Below, in pieces: positions 7,247 through 19,782 of a stretch of 64,000 nucleotides of DNA. Within the stretch, counting starts at the first letter, position 1, and every line of letters starts with the position of its first letter. Below the pieces are notes generated by a model that was not told the origin of the DNA, did not search any database, and saw nothing but the letters and a program-made list of their open reading frames with translations. Position numbers and translations under genes: made by a program. Source of the DNA: Acidobacteriota bacterium (GTDB lineage: Bacteria; Acidobacteriota; Aminicenantia; UBA2199); NCBI GenBank assembly GCA_022711715.1, contig JAKLEC010000001.1, forward strand, positions 112,860 through 176,859. Direction: 5' to 3'.

Positions 7247-8572
7247 ATGAACCACGAACACGCGGACACGGAGAACAAGCCCGTCTCCCCCGGCCCGGCC
7301 GCCGCAGCGCCGGGCGCCGTCGAAGACAGCCCGCTGGTCCGCCGCTTCCAGATCGAGATGCCCGGAGCCGAGATGGCCGGCGAGATCGACCGCCTGGCCG
7401 AGGAAACCAGCCGCACCATGAAGATGCCCGGCTTCCGCCAGGGCAAGGTGCCGGTCGACGTGGTCAAGAAGGTCCATCAGCAGGCGCTGCGCGAGGAGGT
7501 CGTGCAGAAGGCGGTCGGCCGCCTGGCCTTCGCCCGCATCGAGCGCGACCGCCTGGCCATCGCCGGCGAGCCCTGGGTGGAGAAGCTCGACGACCGCGGC
7601 GCCGACGGCTTCCTGGCCGACGTCGCCGTCGAGGTGCTACCCGACTTCGAGCTGCCCGACCTGGAGAAACTGCGCGTCGAGCTCCCCGCCGCCAGCCTCA
7701 AGGCCGAGCCTTTCGACGAGGCCGCCCAGCTCGAGCGCGTGCTCGAGGCCCACAAGCGCTCGCAGCCGGTGAGCGGCCGCGCCGCCGTCGCCGGCGACCT
7801 GGCGCAGCTGCAGGTCCAGTCGCGCGACGTCGCCAGCAAGCGCAAGTGGCCGCGCCAGGAGACCTACTTCCTGCTGGAGGCCGGCAAACCGTCCGAGATT
7901 CCCGGCCTGGTCGAGGCGCTGCTGGGCAAGAGCGCCGGCGAATCGCTGGCGCTGACCGTCCGTCATCCCGCCGACGCCGCCAAGAAGGCCTGGGCCGGCA
8001 AGGAGATCGAGCACCAGGTGGAGATCAAGGCGCTCTTCGAGCTGAAGAAGCCCGAGCTGAACGAGGAGTTCCTGAAGTCGCTGGGCATGAAGAGCGCCGA
8101 GGAGCTCGCCGGGCGGCTGCGCCAGGATTTCGAGCACCACCAGGAGCACCGCCGCGAGGAAGCCGTGCTGGAGGGGATTTACGACAAGCTGCTCGAGGCC
8201 GTGTCGTTCCCCGTGCCGCGCTCGCTGCAGGAGCAGGAGGTGGCCCGCCGCCTGAGCCAGGCCCGGCAGGTGCCGGCCTTCCAGGACGACGGGGAGAAGG
8301 CCCGCTTCAAGGAGCTGCTCTTCGCCCAGGCGGAGAAGGCGGTGCGCCTGTCGCTGATCCTGGACAAGGTGCGCGAGCGCTTCAGCCTGGCGGTGGCCCC
8401 GGCCGACCTGGAGAAGGAGTACGCCCACCTGGCGCAACACCACCAGGTGTCCGAGCGGGAGATCCGCCAGTACTACGGCGACGAGAAGCGCGCCGCCGAG
8501 CTCAAGGAGCATCTGCTGCAGGCCCGCGTCAACGGCTTCCTGCGGGAAAAAATCAAGGTCAGCGAGGTGTGA
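7247..8572 (+). CDS. tig: Trigger factor
   Basis: PGFRQGKVP ribosome-binding signature. Position immediately upstream of clpP-clpX. Confidence 0.88.
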   Translation: MNHEHADTENKPVSPGPAAAAPGAVEDSPLVRRFQIEMPGAEMAGEIDRLAEETSRTMKMPGFRQGKVPVDVVKKVHQQALREEVVQKAVGRLAFARIERDRLAIAGEPWVEKLDDRGADGFLADVAVEVLPDFELPDLEKLRVELPAASLKAEPFDEAAQLERVLEAHKRSQPVSGRAAVAGDLAQLQVQSRDVASKRKWPRQETYFLLEAGKPSEIPGLVEALLGKSAGESLALTVRHPADAAKKAWAGKEIEHQVEIKALFELKKPELNEEFLKSLGMKSAEELAGRLRQDFEHHQEHRREEAVLEGIYDKLLEAVSFPVPRSLQEQEVARRLSQARQVPAFQDDGEKARFKELLFAQAEKAVRLSLILDKVRERFSLAVAPADLEKEYAHLAQHHQVSEREIRQYYGDEKRAAELKEHLLQARVNGFLREKIKVSEV

Positions 8573-8573
8573 C

Positions 8574-9179
8574 ATGCCGCTCATCCCCATGGTCATCGAG
8601 CAGTCGGGCAACGTCGAGCGCGCCTACGACATCTACTCCCGCCTGCTGAAGGACTCGATCATTTTCCTGGGCTCGCCCATCGACGACAACGTGGCCAACG
8701 TGACCATCGCCCAGCTGCTGTTCCTGGAGGCCGAGGACCCGGAGAAGGACGTCTCCATCTACATCAACTCGCCGGGCGGCATCATCAGCTCCGGCCTGGC
8801 CATCTACGACACCATGCGTTTCATCAAGAACGACGTGGTGACCATCTGCATCGGCCAGGCCGCCTCCATGGCCGCCATCCTGCTGGCCGGCGGCACCAAG
8901 GGCAAGCGCTTCGCCCTGCCCAACGCCAAGGTGATCATCCACCAGCCGCTGGGCGGCTTCGAGGGCCAGGCCACCGACATCCTCATCCAGGCCGAGGAGA
9001 TGCGCAAGGTCAAGGAGAAGACCATCGAGATCCTCTCGCTGCACACCGGCCAGAAGCCCGAGAAGGTGGCCCAGGACATCGAGCGCGACTGCATCATGTC
9101 GCCGGAGGAGGCGCTGAAGTACGGCATCATCGACGCCGTGGTCGCCGAGCGCAAGAAGGAGAAGAAAGGGGGCAAATGA
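8574..9179 (+). CDS. clpP: ATP-dependent Clp protease proteolytic subunit
   Basis: Full-length ClpP similarity (GQAASMAA active-site Ser context, IHQPLGG). Confidence 0.97.
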   Translation: MPLIPMVIEQSGNVERAYDIYSRLLKDSIIFLGSPIDDNVANVTIAQLLFLEAEDPEKDVSIYINSPGGIISSGLAIYDTMRFIKNDVVTICIGQAASMAAILLAGGTKGKRFALPNAKVIIHQPLGGFEGQATDILIQAEEMRKVKEKTIEILSLHTGQKPEKVAQDIERDCIMSPEEALKYGIIDAVVAERKKEKKGGK

Positions 9180-10386
9180 AGGAAGAGAAGGAAGCCCGCT
9201 GCAGCTTCTGCGGCATCCCCCAGTCGCGGGCGGTCAAGCTGATCGCCGGCCCCGGGGTCTACATCTGCGACGAGTGCACCAAGACCGCCTACAACCTCAT
9301 CTTCAGCGGCGGCGAGGCGCCCAAGCCCGCCGCCAGCGCCAAGAAGCTGAAGCTGCTCACCCCCGCCGAGATCAAGGCCAGGCTCGACGAGTACATCATC
9401 TCCCAGGACGCGGCCAAGAAGAAGCTGGCCGTGGCCGTCTACAACCACTACAAGCGCATCCAGCACGGCCAGAACCTGGCCAGCAAGGTCGACATCCGCA
9501 AGAGCAACGTGCTGCTCATCGGCCCCACCGGCACCGGCAAGACGCTGCTGGCCGAGACGCTGGCCAAGGTGCTGGACGTGCCCTTCGCCATGGCCGACGC
9601 CACCACCCTGACCGAGGCCGGCTACGTCGGCGAGGACGTGGAGAACATCCTGCTCAAGCTCTACCAGGCCGCCGGCGAGAACCGCGAGCTGGCCGAGAAG
9701 GGCATCGTCTACATCGACGAGCTCGACAAGATCTCGCGCAAGAGCGAGAACCCGTCCATCACCCGCGACGTCTCCGGCGAGGGCGTGCAGCAGGCGCTGC
9801 TGAAGATCGTCGAGGGCACGGTGGCCAACGTGCCGCCGCTGGGCGGGCGCAAGCACCCCTACCAGGAGTTCCTCAAGATCGACACCAAGAACATCCTGTT
9901 CATCGCCGGCGGCGCCTTCGTCGGCCTGGACAAGATCATCCAGCGCCGCCTCAAGAAGAACGTCATCGGCTTCTCCACCCCCAAGGAGCGCGACAAGAGC
10001 CGCGCCTACCGCGCCGACGTCTTCGAGCAGGTGCAGCCCGACGACCTGATCCGCTACGGCCTCATCCCCGAGCTCGTCGGCCGCTTCTCGGTCACCGGCG
10101 TGCTCAACGAGCTCGACCGCGAGCAGCTGTACCGCATCCTGCTGGAGCCCAAGGACGCCATCACCAAGCAGTTCAAGGCCCTGCTCAAGATGGACGGCGT
10201 CGACCTGGAGTTCTCCAAGGAGGCGCTGGAGATGATCACCGGCCAGGCCATCTCGCGCGGCGTCGGCGCCCGCGGCCTGCGCGCCATCTTCGAGGAGATC
10301 ATGCTCGACCTGATGTTCGAGGTGCCCTCGCGCAAGGAGGCGGCCGGCAGGGTGGTCATCGACGGCCAGTTCCTCAGGGACCGCAA

Positions 10387-10399
<13 letters not shown>
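9176..10399 (+). CDS. clpX: ATP-dependent Clp protease ATP-binding subunit ClpX
   Basis: N-terminal zinc ribbon CSFCG...CDEC. Walker A GPTGTGKT. 4-nt overlap with clpP. Confidence 0.97.
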
Positions 10400-12720
<2,321 letters not shown>

Positions 12721-12742
12721 GCGCGCGCGCCCTTTCACGACC

Positions 12743-13309
12743 ATGAACATAAAACGAGCCGAGCTCGCCGGCACCTACTTCAACGCCCGCCAGCTGCCCG
12801 CCGATCCGCGCCCCAAGGTGCTGTTCCTCGGGCGCTCCAACGTGGGCAAGTCCTCGCTGATCAACGCCCTGCTGGGCCGGCGCCTGGCGCGCACCAGCGC
12901 CACCCCCGGCAAGACGCTGAGCGTCAACTACTTCGCCGTCGACGGCCGGCTGCTTTTCGCCGACCTGCCGGGCTACGGCTACGCCCGCGTCGCCAAGGAC
13001 GAGGCGGCGCGCGTGCGCCGGCTGATCGCCGACTTCCTGCAGCGGGTGGAGAACGCGCGCCTGGCGCTGCTGCTCATCGACTCGCGGCGCGGCTTCCTGC
13101 CCGCGGACCTGGAGACGCTGGCGGCGCTGCTGGAAAAAAGCCTCCCCGTCTTGACAATCCTCACCAAGAGTGATAAGATTTCGCTTTCGCAACAGCGGAA
13201 TCTCATCGACCAATTCAAGAACAAGTTCGGCCTGCTCGCCATCCCCTTTTCGATCCGCTCCGCGGCGGGGAGAGACGAGGTCTGGCGGCGCATCCAAGAG
13301 GCCATCTAA
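12743..13309 (+). CDS. engB: Ribosome biogenesis GTP-binding protein YihA/EngB
   Basis: G1 motif GRSNVGKSSLIN and DLPGYGYA motif. Confidence 0.9.
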   Translation: MNIKRAELAGTYFNARQLPADPRPKVLFLGRSNVGKSSLINALLGRRLARTSATPGKTLSVNYFAVDGRLLFADLPGYGYARVAKDEAARVRRLIADFLQRVENARLALLLIDSRRGFLPADLETLAALLEKSLPVLTILTKSDKISLSQQRNLIDQFKNKFGLLAIPFSIRSAAGRDEVWRRIQEAI

Positions 13310-13318
13310 GGAGATATC

Positions 13319-14584
<1,266 letters not shown>

Positions 14585-14599
14585 GTCGAGATCAGCGAC

Positions 14600-14784
14600 C
14601 TATCGTGACGCGTAACGCGTGACGCGTGACGCGGAACAGCCTGAGCCTGATCACCAAAGAGTGCAGCCATCAAATCAAAGAGGGTAATTCTGCAGATAAT
14701 TTTTCAGGAAACTTTATAGATTACAAGAATAGATCTTCCTTTTGCTGCTACTTGTCACGCGTCACGCGTTACGCGTCACGATAG
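14600..14784. repeat. Perfect 31-bp inverted repeat of GCGTRAC heptamers enclosing a 123-nt AT-rich insert
   Basis: 14600-14630 ctatcgtgacgcgtaacgcgtgacgcgtgac is the exact reverse complement of 14754-14784. The right arm contains the stop of CDS 14776-15951. Confidence 0.95.
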
Positions 14785-15951
14785 CTGCAGCACTTCTTCG
14801 ATCCCCTGCCGGATCTCTCTGATCACTACCCTCCATGAGTAGTACTGCTGCACATACTTCCTGCCGCGGCGGCCCATGAGGAAGCGTCGCAGGGGGTGGC
14901 CGGCGACGGCGCGGAAGCCGGCCAGGAACTCCTCCCCGTTGCCGTAGGTCAAGCCGCCGCCCGACATGCGCACATGCTCGACCAGGGCGGCGCAATCGCG
15001 GTTGACCAGCACCGGCGTGCCCATGGCGAAGGACTCCAGGGTGGTGATCGACAGGCTCTCCAGCAGCGAGGGCTGCAGCGACAGCACCGCGCCCTGGAAG
15101 GCGGCGTGCTTGTCGGCCTCGGGGACGAAGCCGAGATAGCGCAGCCCCGGCAGGTCGGGCAGGTCCATCAGCTTCTTGCCGATCAGCACCAGGTCCACTT
15201 GGCGCTCGCGGCGCAGGGCACGGAAGTGGTCGAACACCGGCTCCAGCCCCTTGCCCCTCTCGATGCGGCCGGCGTACATCAGGTAGGGCGCCCGCAAGTT
15301 GTGGCGCCGGCGGAAGGAGCCTGCGTCGGCGCGGCCGGGGAGGTCGAGCCCGGTGCGCACCAGGCGCAGCGTTCCCGGCGGGTCGAACAGCCGCTTCACC
15401 AGGTCCATTTCGGCGCGGGTCAGAAAGAAGAGGGCGCGCGGCGTGCGGAAGATCCCGGCCATCAGCCGCATGTGGATGGGCGGCTCGTCGTGGGCCGTGG
15501 GAAAGAGGATCGCCGGCTTGCCCAGAACGCGCAGCCCGGCCACGGTGGGATAGTACAGGTAGGTGAAGAAGAGGTACAGGTCGGTGTTCGGCTCGGCATC
15601 GGCCAAGGCCTGGACCAGCCCGGGGCACAGGGGCCCCTGTGCGGCGATCCAGGCCTCCTCGTCGCGGTCGCCGCCGGGCGGCGCGGCGAAAAAGCTGTCG
15701 GACAGGCGATTGAAGGCGGCGATGTCGCGCTCGCGCTCCACCGGGAAGCGGCGCAGCGCAACGCCGTTCAGCCGCGATTCGCCGGGCTCGTACTCGTTGC
15801 GCCAGGTGACGTAGTCGCGGGCGCAGGTGGTGTAGACGGTCACCGCCAGCCCCTGGCCGGCCAGGCGCTCAGCCACGTCGCGGGCCAGGGTCTCGGCGCC
15901 GCCGACCACCTCCGCGCCGTAGCGCTGCACCACGATGCCCAGGGAGATCAT
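14776..15951 (-). CDS. Glycosyltransferase, GT-B fold (family 1/4-like)
   Basis: GT4-like C-terminal pattern (ESLSITTLESFAMGTPVLV). Stop codon sits inside a GCGTGAC array. Confidence 0.8.
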   Translation of the reverse strand: MISLGIVVQRYGAEVVGGAETLARDVAERLAGQGLAVTVYTTCARDYVTWRNEYEPGESRLNGVALRRFPVERERDIAAFNRLSDSFFAAPPGGDRDEEAWIAAQGPLCPGLVQALADAEPNTDLYLFFTYLYYPTVAGLRVLGKPAILFPTAHDEPPIHMRLMAGIFRTPRALFFLTRAEMDLVKRLFDPPGTLRLVRTGLDLPGRADAGSFRRRHNLRAPYLMYAGRIERGKGLEPVFDHFRALRRERQVDLVLIGKKLMDLPDLPGLRYLGFVPEADKHAAFQGAVLSLQPSLLESLSITTLESFAMGTPVLVNRDCAALVEHVRMSGGGLTYGNGEEFLAGFRAVAGHPLRRFLMGRRGRKYVQQYYSWRVVIREIRQGIEEVLQLS

Positions 15952-17006
15952 AGCGCCTCCAGGCGGGCGAGCAGCCTTTGGGGGTCGGCCTCGCGCCGGT
16001 ATTCGTTGAACCGGCGCTGCGCCGCCTGGCGCAGCCGCCGGCGCAGCTTCTCGTCGGCCAGCACGCGCTCGATCGCGGCCGCCGCGGCCGGCAGGTCGCG
16101 GCGCAGCAGCAGCAGGCCGGCGCCCCCCAGAGTCTCGGGCACGGCGCCGGCGGCAAGGGCCACCACCGGCAGGCCGGCGCGGCAGCTCTCGATCAGCGGC
16201 AGGCAGAAGCCCTCGTGCTCGCTCAGGGAGACGAACACGTCGGCCAGGCCGTAGGCGGCCGCCAGCTCGGCGTCGCTCAGGCGGCCGGCGAAGACCAGGT
16301 CGCGGTTGTCCAGCCCCAGGCGGTCGGCCAGGGCCAGCAGGGCTTGGTGATAGCGCGGCAGGCCGGCGTAGTTGCCGGCGATGATCAGCCGCGCCGGGAC
16401 CGTTGCCTGGCGCTTGAGCAGGGCCAGCATGCGGACCAGCTCCTCGATGCGCTTGTTGGGCGTCACCCGGCCGACGAAGAGCAGGTTGCGCCGGCCGTCG
16501 CGAAAGGGGGCGGCGAAGGAGGGGCTGGGCGTGGCAGCAACGGCCGCCTCGTCGAGCAGCACCGGGAAGACGAAGACGTCCTTGGCCCCCAATCGCCGCA
16601 GCTCCCCGGCGTTGAATTCCGAGTCGGCGACGAAATGGTCCAGCGCCGCGACCAGCCCGCGCAGCTCGCCGCGCGCCGCCGCGGTCAGGCGGCGCAGCGG
16701 CTCGGAGATGCCGGCGAAGAACTCGGGCGGGGTGACGTTGTGGTACAGGAGAACCTTGCGCCCGTTCAGGCGCAGGAAAGCTTCCGTGATCGGCGAGGCG
16801 ATGGCGAAATGGTAGATGCGCAGCGCGTCGGGATGGGGCGGCCGCTCCCGGGGCGTCGCCGCCTCGTTGCGCAGCTCCGGGTCGATGGTCAGGGCCAGCA
16901 CCCGGCTGTCATGGCCGCGCCCCAGCAGGAAGCGGTGGAAGCGGCGCGCATAGCCGCCCACGGCGTCGCCGGCGTGGAAGGCGGAGAGGTACTGCTCGAC
17001 GACCAT
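15948..17006 (-). CDS. Glycosyltransferase, GT-B fold (paralog A)
   Basis: EHEGFCLPLIES and GLPVVA motifs. 4-nt overlap with the downstream GT. Clear paralog of 17011-18069. Confidence 0.8.
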   Translation of the reverse strand: MVVEQYLSAFHAGDAVGGYARRFHRFLLGRGHDSRVLALTIDPELRNEAATPRERPPHPDALRIYHFAIASPITEAFLRLNGRKVLLYHNVTPPEFFAGISEPLRRLTAAARGELRGLVAALDHFVADSEFNAGELRRLGAKDVFVFPVLLDEAAVAATPSPSFAAPFRDGRRNLLFVGRVTPNKRIEELVRMLALLKRQATVPARLIIAGNYAGLPRYHQALLALADRLGLDNRDLVFAGRLSDAELAAAYGLADVFVSLSEHEGFCLPLIESCRAGLPVVALAAGAVPETLGGAGLLLLRRDLPAAAAAIERVLADEKLRRRLRQAAQRRFNEYRREADPQRLLARLEAL

Positions 17007-17010
17007 GGCG

Positions 17011-18069
17011 CTACAATTGCCGCAGCCAGCCGGCCAGGACGGCGGGGTCGGCCTGGCGGCGGTAGCGCTCGACGCGCGGCGCGCCCTGGGCGCGCAGGCG
17101 GCGGTTCAGCTCGCCGTCCTCCAGCGCCTGGCGCAGCAGCTCGGCCGCCCGCGCCGGGTCCTTGTCACGGAAGAGGATGCCGGCGCCGTCCATGGTCTCG
17201 GCCACGGCGGCGGCGTCGAAGGCCAGCAGCGGCAGCCCGAACAGGCAGCTCTCCAGCAGCGGCAGGCAGAAGCCCTCGTGCTCGCTCATCGACAGGAACA
17301 CGTCGGCGCTACGGTAGACGGCCAGGAACTCGTCCAGCGGCAGGTGGCCGGTGAACAGCACGTCCTCCGAGGTCAGGTGGAAGCGCGCCGCCAGGTCGGC
17401 CACGGCGTGGAAGTACTTCGGCAGCGAGCGCGTGTTGCCCATCACGATCAGGCGCACGGCCGGGGAGACGAACTTCTTGTAGTAGAACACCGTGCGCACC
17501 AGGTCCTCGATGCGCTTGTTGGGGATGACCCGGCCCACGAACAGGATGTTCCTGCGCTCGTCGTCCAGCATCTTCATCATCGGCCGGTTGGGCTCGCCGC
17601 CGTAGGCGTCGAGGTCGGCCAGCAGCGGGAAGGAGCGCACCGCGGGGTAGCCTAGCTCGCGCAACTCGCCGGCGCTGTACTCCGACATGCCCACGGCCAG
17701 GTCGAAGGCCCCGGCCAGCCGGCCCAGGTGCTCGCGGCCGGCGCTGACGAAGCGCACGAAGAAGTCGGAATAGCCGACGAAGAAGCGCGCCGGCGTGATG
17801 TTGTGGTAGAGCATGGCCTTGGGGCCCTTCTGCTCCAGGAAGAAGTCGGTCAGCGGCGAGGGGACGGCGAAGTGCAGCACCTTGACCGCGGCGGCGTCGG
17901 GACGATGGCCGGCGAAGGACACGGCGCGGTCGCGCATGCCCTCGTCGCAGGTCAGCGTCACCAGCCGCGAGCCGATCCCCTGCCCGCGCAGGAAGCGGTC
18001 GAGGGCCAGGGCGGCGTTGCTGACCGCGTCGCCGTAGTGGAAGGCCGGGAGGTACTGCTCGACGATCAT
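17011..18069 (-). CDS. Glycosyltransferase, GT-B fold (paralog B)
   Basis: Same 352-aa length as 15948-17006 and colinear similarity to it (M(I/V)VEQYL.AFH.GDAV, EHEGFCLPLLES). Confidence 0.8.
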   Translation of the reverse strand: MIVEQYLPAFHYGDAVSNAALALDRFLRGQGIGSRLVTLTCDEGMRDRAVSFAGHRPDAAAVKVLHFAVPSPLTDFFLEQKGPKAMLYHNITPARFFVGYSDFFVRFVSAGREHLGRLAGAFDLAVGMSEYSAGELRELGYPAVRSFPLLADLDAYGGEPNRPMMKMLDDERRNILFVGRVIPNKRIEDLVRTVFYYKKFVSPAVRLIVMGNTRSLPKYFHAVADLAARFHLTSEDVLFTGHLPLDEFLAVYRSADVFLSMSEHEGFCLPLLESCLFGLPLLAFDAAAVAETMDGAGILFRDKDPARAAELLRQALEDGELNRRLRAQGAPRVERYRRQADPAVLAGWLRQL

Positions 18070-18123
18070 GGCGTTCTTGTAACAGAAAAGAAGGCCTGGG
18101 TCAATCGCAGGGCTTTCAGGAAA

Positions 18124-18214
18124 GTGATAGTGGTAGTGATAGTGATAGTAACAGCATCAACGGCAATTTGTGTTAGTGTTTGTGTTAGGAACAGCAATAA
18201 GAGAGCAGCTCTTT
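18124..18214. repeat. GTGRTA array - AACAGCA junction - GTGTTN array - GGAACAGCAATAAG core
   Basis: gtgata gtggta gtgata gtgata (18124-18150). gtgtta gtgttt gtgtta gg (18170-18189). Confidence 0.85.
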
Positions 18215-18231
18215 CCGAAACTAGTAGGACT

Positions 18232-18513
18232 AAAGCACCAAGTTCCAAGCATCAAATTCCAAATAAACGCCAAGCACCAATGACCAAATAACCAAAACCA
18301 AGAAAAGTGATTGTGATAGTGTTAGTGTTTGTTAGTGCACTCAAACGATTTCTAATGGAATTATGAGATCAATAGAATGTATTTATGACCGAAACTCAAT
18401 TCATCTAAAGGCAAATTGAAGAGCCCTTTACATTGTTCTAAAGAGGATTTCGTTGCGGGTTTTTCCTAACACTATCACTAACACCATCACTTTCTTTGGT
18501 GCTTGGTGCTTGG
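18232..18513. repeat. Nested hairpin: CACCAAG-type and GTGWTA-type arms around an AT-rich insert of about 125 nt
   Basis: Outer arms caccaagttccaagc...gccaagcaccaa (18236-18305) versus ctttggtgcttggtgcttgg (18493-18513). Inner arms gtgattgtgatagtgttagtgtttgttagtg (18307-18337) versus cctaacactatcactaacaccatcac (18465-18490). Confidence 0.8.
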
Positions 18514-18562
18514 AATTTTAATCTTACGAGTATCTGACCTTGACTAAAATCCGCGATGAGCC

Positions 18563-18599
18563 AAAAAAGCCGGGCCGGCGCCCGAGGCGCCGGCCCGGC
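18563..18599 (-). terminator. Intrinsic terminator after the Yip1 gene
   Basis: 14-bp GC stem (GCCGGGCCGGCGCC / GGCGCCGGCCCGGC) followed by U6 on the minus strand. Confidence 0.85.
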
Positions 18600-18623
18600 G
18601 GGATAGGCGCGAAAAGAAACTGT

Positions 18624-19229
18624 TTAGAAGCCGCCCAGGTTGGCCAGCCCGGAGATGCTGCCCAGGGCGATGCGGCTGACGATGAAGCCCACCAGCCAGT
18701 AGATCACCACCATGGCGACGATGGCGGCGACGAGGTAGGGCATCAGCTTGTCCTTGGCCGGCTCCTTGATCTTCTGCAGGCCGAGGTACATGAGGTAGAG
18801 CGAGTAGATACTGGCAATGATCATCAGCACCGACAGGGCGGGGATGATGCCCAGTATGCCGGCGATCCAGGCCGGGGTATAGGAGAAGACGGCGATCTTG
18901 ACGGCGGCCACCATGTTCTTCTGGCAGCCGAAGGTCGGCGCCAGGGCGTCGATGATGAAGGCCAGCAGGAACACGCCGGCCAGGCCGAGGACGTAGGTCA
19001 GGACCGCCCAGACCAGGGCGGTGCCGATCGGCCAGCGGAAGGTGCCGAAGCCGCCGAACGACATGCCGATGACCACGTAGCCGATGAGGCCGGCGACGGC
19101 CGGGATGGCGGCCAGGATCATGGCGTACTTGGTGAACATCTCGGCGATGGTCAGGGACTCGCCCTTGATCACGTCCCATTCCTTGGCCGGGGCCAAGATG
19201 ATGTTCTTCGCTCTTTCAACCAGGTTCAT
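18624..19229 (-). CDS. Yip1/DUF1282 family membrane protein
   Basis: N-terminus MNLVERAKNIILAPAKEWDVIK plus 5 hydrophobic helices. GGAGGAAACA SD before ATG 19229. Strong terminator follows. Confidence 0.75.
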   Translation of the reverse strand: MNLVERAKNIILAPAKEWDVIKGESLTIAEMFTKYAMILAAIPAVAGLIGYVVIGMSFGGFGTFRWPIGTALVWAVLTYVLGLAGVFLLAFIIDALAPTFGCQKNMVAAVKIAVFSYTPAWIAGILGIIPALSVLMIIASIYSLYLMYLGLQKIKEPAKDKLMPYLVAAIVAMVVIYWLVGFIVSRIALGSISGLANLGGF

Positions 19230-19259
19230 CTGTTTCCTCCTATGATTTCGGTATGCACA

Positions 19260-19288
19260 TAGATACCGTAAAGAAGTAGAAATGTCAA
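19260..19288 (-). promoter_or_regulatory. Sigma70-type promoter TTGACA-17-TATCTA for the Yip1 gene
   Basis: Read on the minus strand, about 30 nt upstream of ATG 19229. Confidence 0.5.
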
Positions 19289-19305
19289 TCTGCCAGTGCA
19301 AGCTA

Positions 19306-19357
19306 ACCTAAGTGTTCGTGTTAGTGGTAGTGTTAGTAGAGGGCAATAGCAAATCTC
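19306..19357. repeat. GTGTTN/GTGGTA array plus GGGCAATAGCAAAT core-like junction
   Basis: cctaa gtgttc gtgtta gtggta gtgtta gtag agggcaatagcaaatctc. Confidence 0.75.
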
Positions 19358-19461
19358 TTTTTTTACAAACCCGGATTCATCGACACATTGAATCTCAATA
19401 TGGATTTTTTTGCTATTTCCTTTGCCGTGCATCGTTCATAAAAGGTATTTTACTTTTGCTT

Positions 19462-19700
19462 CACCATACGCCGTATGCCGTACGCCGTGCGCCAAGGGCA
19501 TTTTCCTCTTTCATCACCGTATGCCGTATGCCGTACGCCCAGGGCATTTTCCTCTTTCATCACCGTACGCCGTATGCCGTACGCCCAGGGCATTTTCCTC
19601 TTTCTTCACCGTACGCCGTATGCCGTACACCGTGCGCCCAGGGCATTTTCCTCTTTCTTCACCGTACGCCGTATGCCGTACGCCGTGCGCCCAGCTCTCC
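19462..19700. repeat. Tandem repeat, 4.5 copies of a 46/53-bp unit (GCCGTAY heptamers + CAGGGCATTTTCCTCTTTCWT)
   Basis: Copies at 19462-19514 (53 nt), 19515-19560 (46), 19561-19606 (46), 19607-19659 (53) and 19660-~19700 (partial). The length difference is exactly one heptamer. Confidence 0.92.
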
Positions 19701-19701
19701 T

Positions 19702-19729
19702 TTCACTCAGCGCCCCACTTTGCTATAAT
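19702..19729 (+). promoter_or_regulatory. Sigma70-type promoter TTCACT-16-(TGc)TATAAT for the bat operon
   Basis: Perfect extended -10 at 19721-19729, immediately after the 46/53-bp tandem repeat. Confidence 0.5.
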
Positions 19730-19782
19730 ATCGACACCACAATGGCAAAATCGGAACTGCTGCGGCTCGCGGATTTCCTCAC

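Noticed and set aside
18170-18189. Integron attC-like sites: hairpin elements at gene 3' ends, with GTTAGGA resembling the GTTRRRY core.
   Set aside because: - The last core position is A, not Y.
- No intI integrase or attI.
- Flanking genes are housekeeping genes with their own promoters.
- The elements occur in both orientations and also in 5' regions.
19462-19700. Possible CRISPR arrays at the regularly spaced repeats 19462-19700 and 60642-61031.
   Set aside because: - The units are directly tandem with no unique spacers.
- Repeat length and structure are atypical.
- No cas genes in the window.
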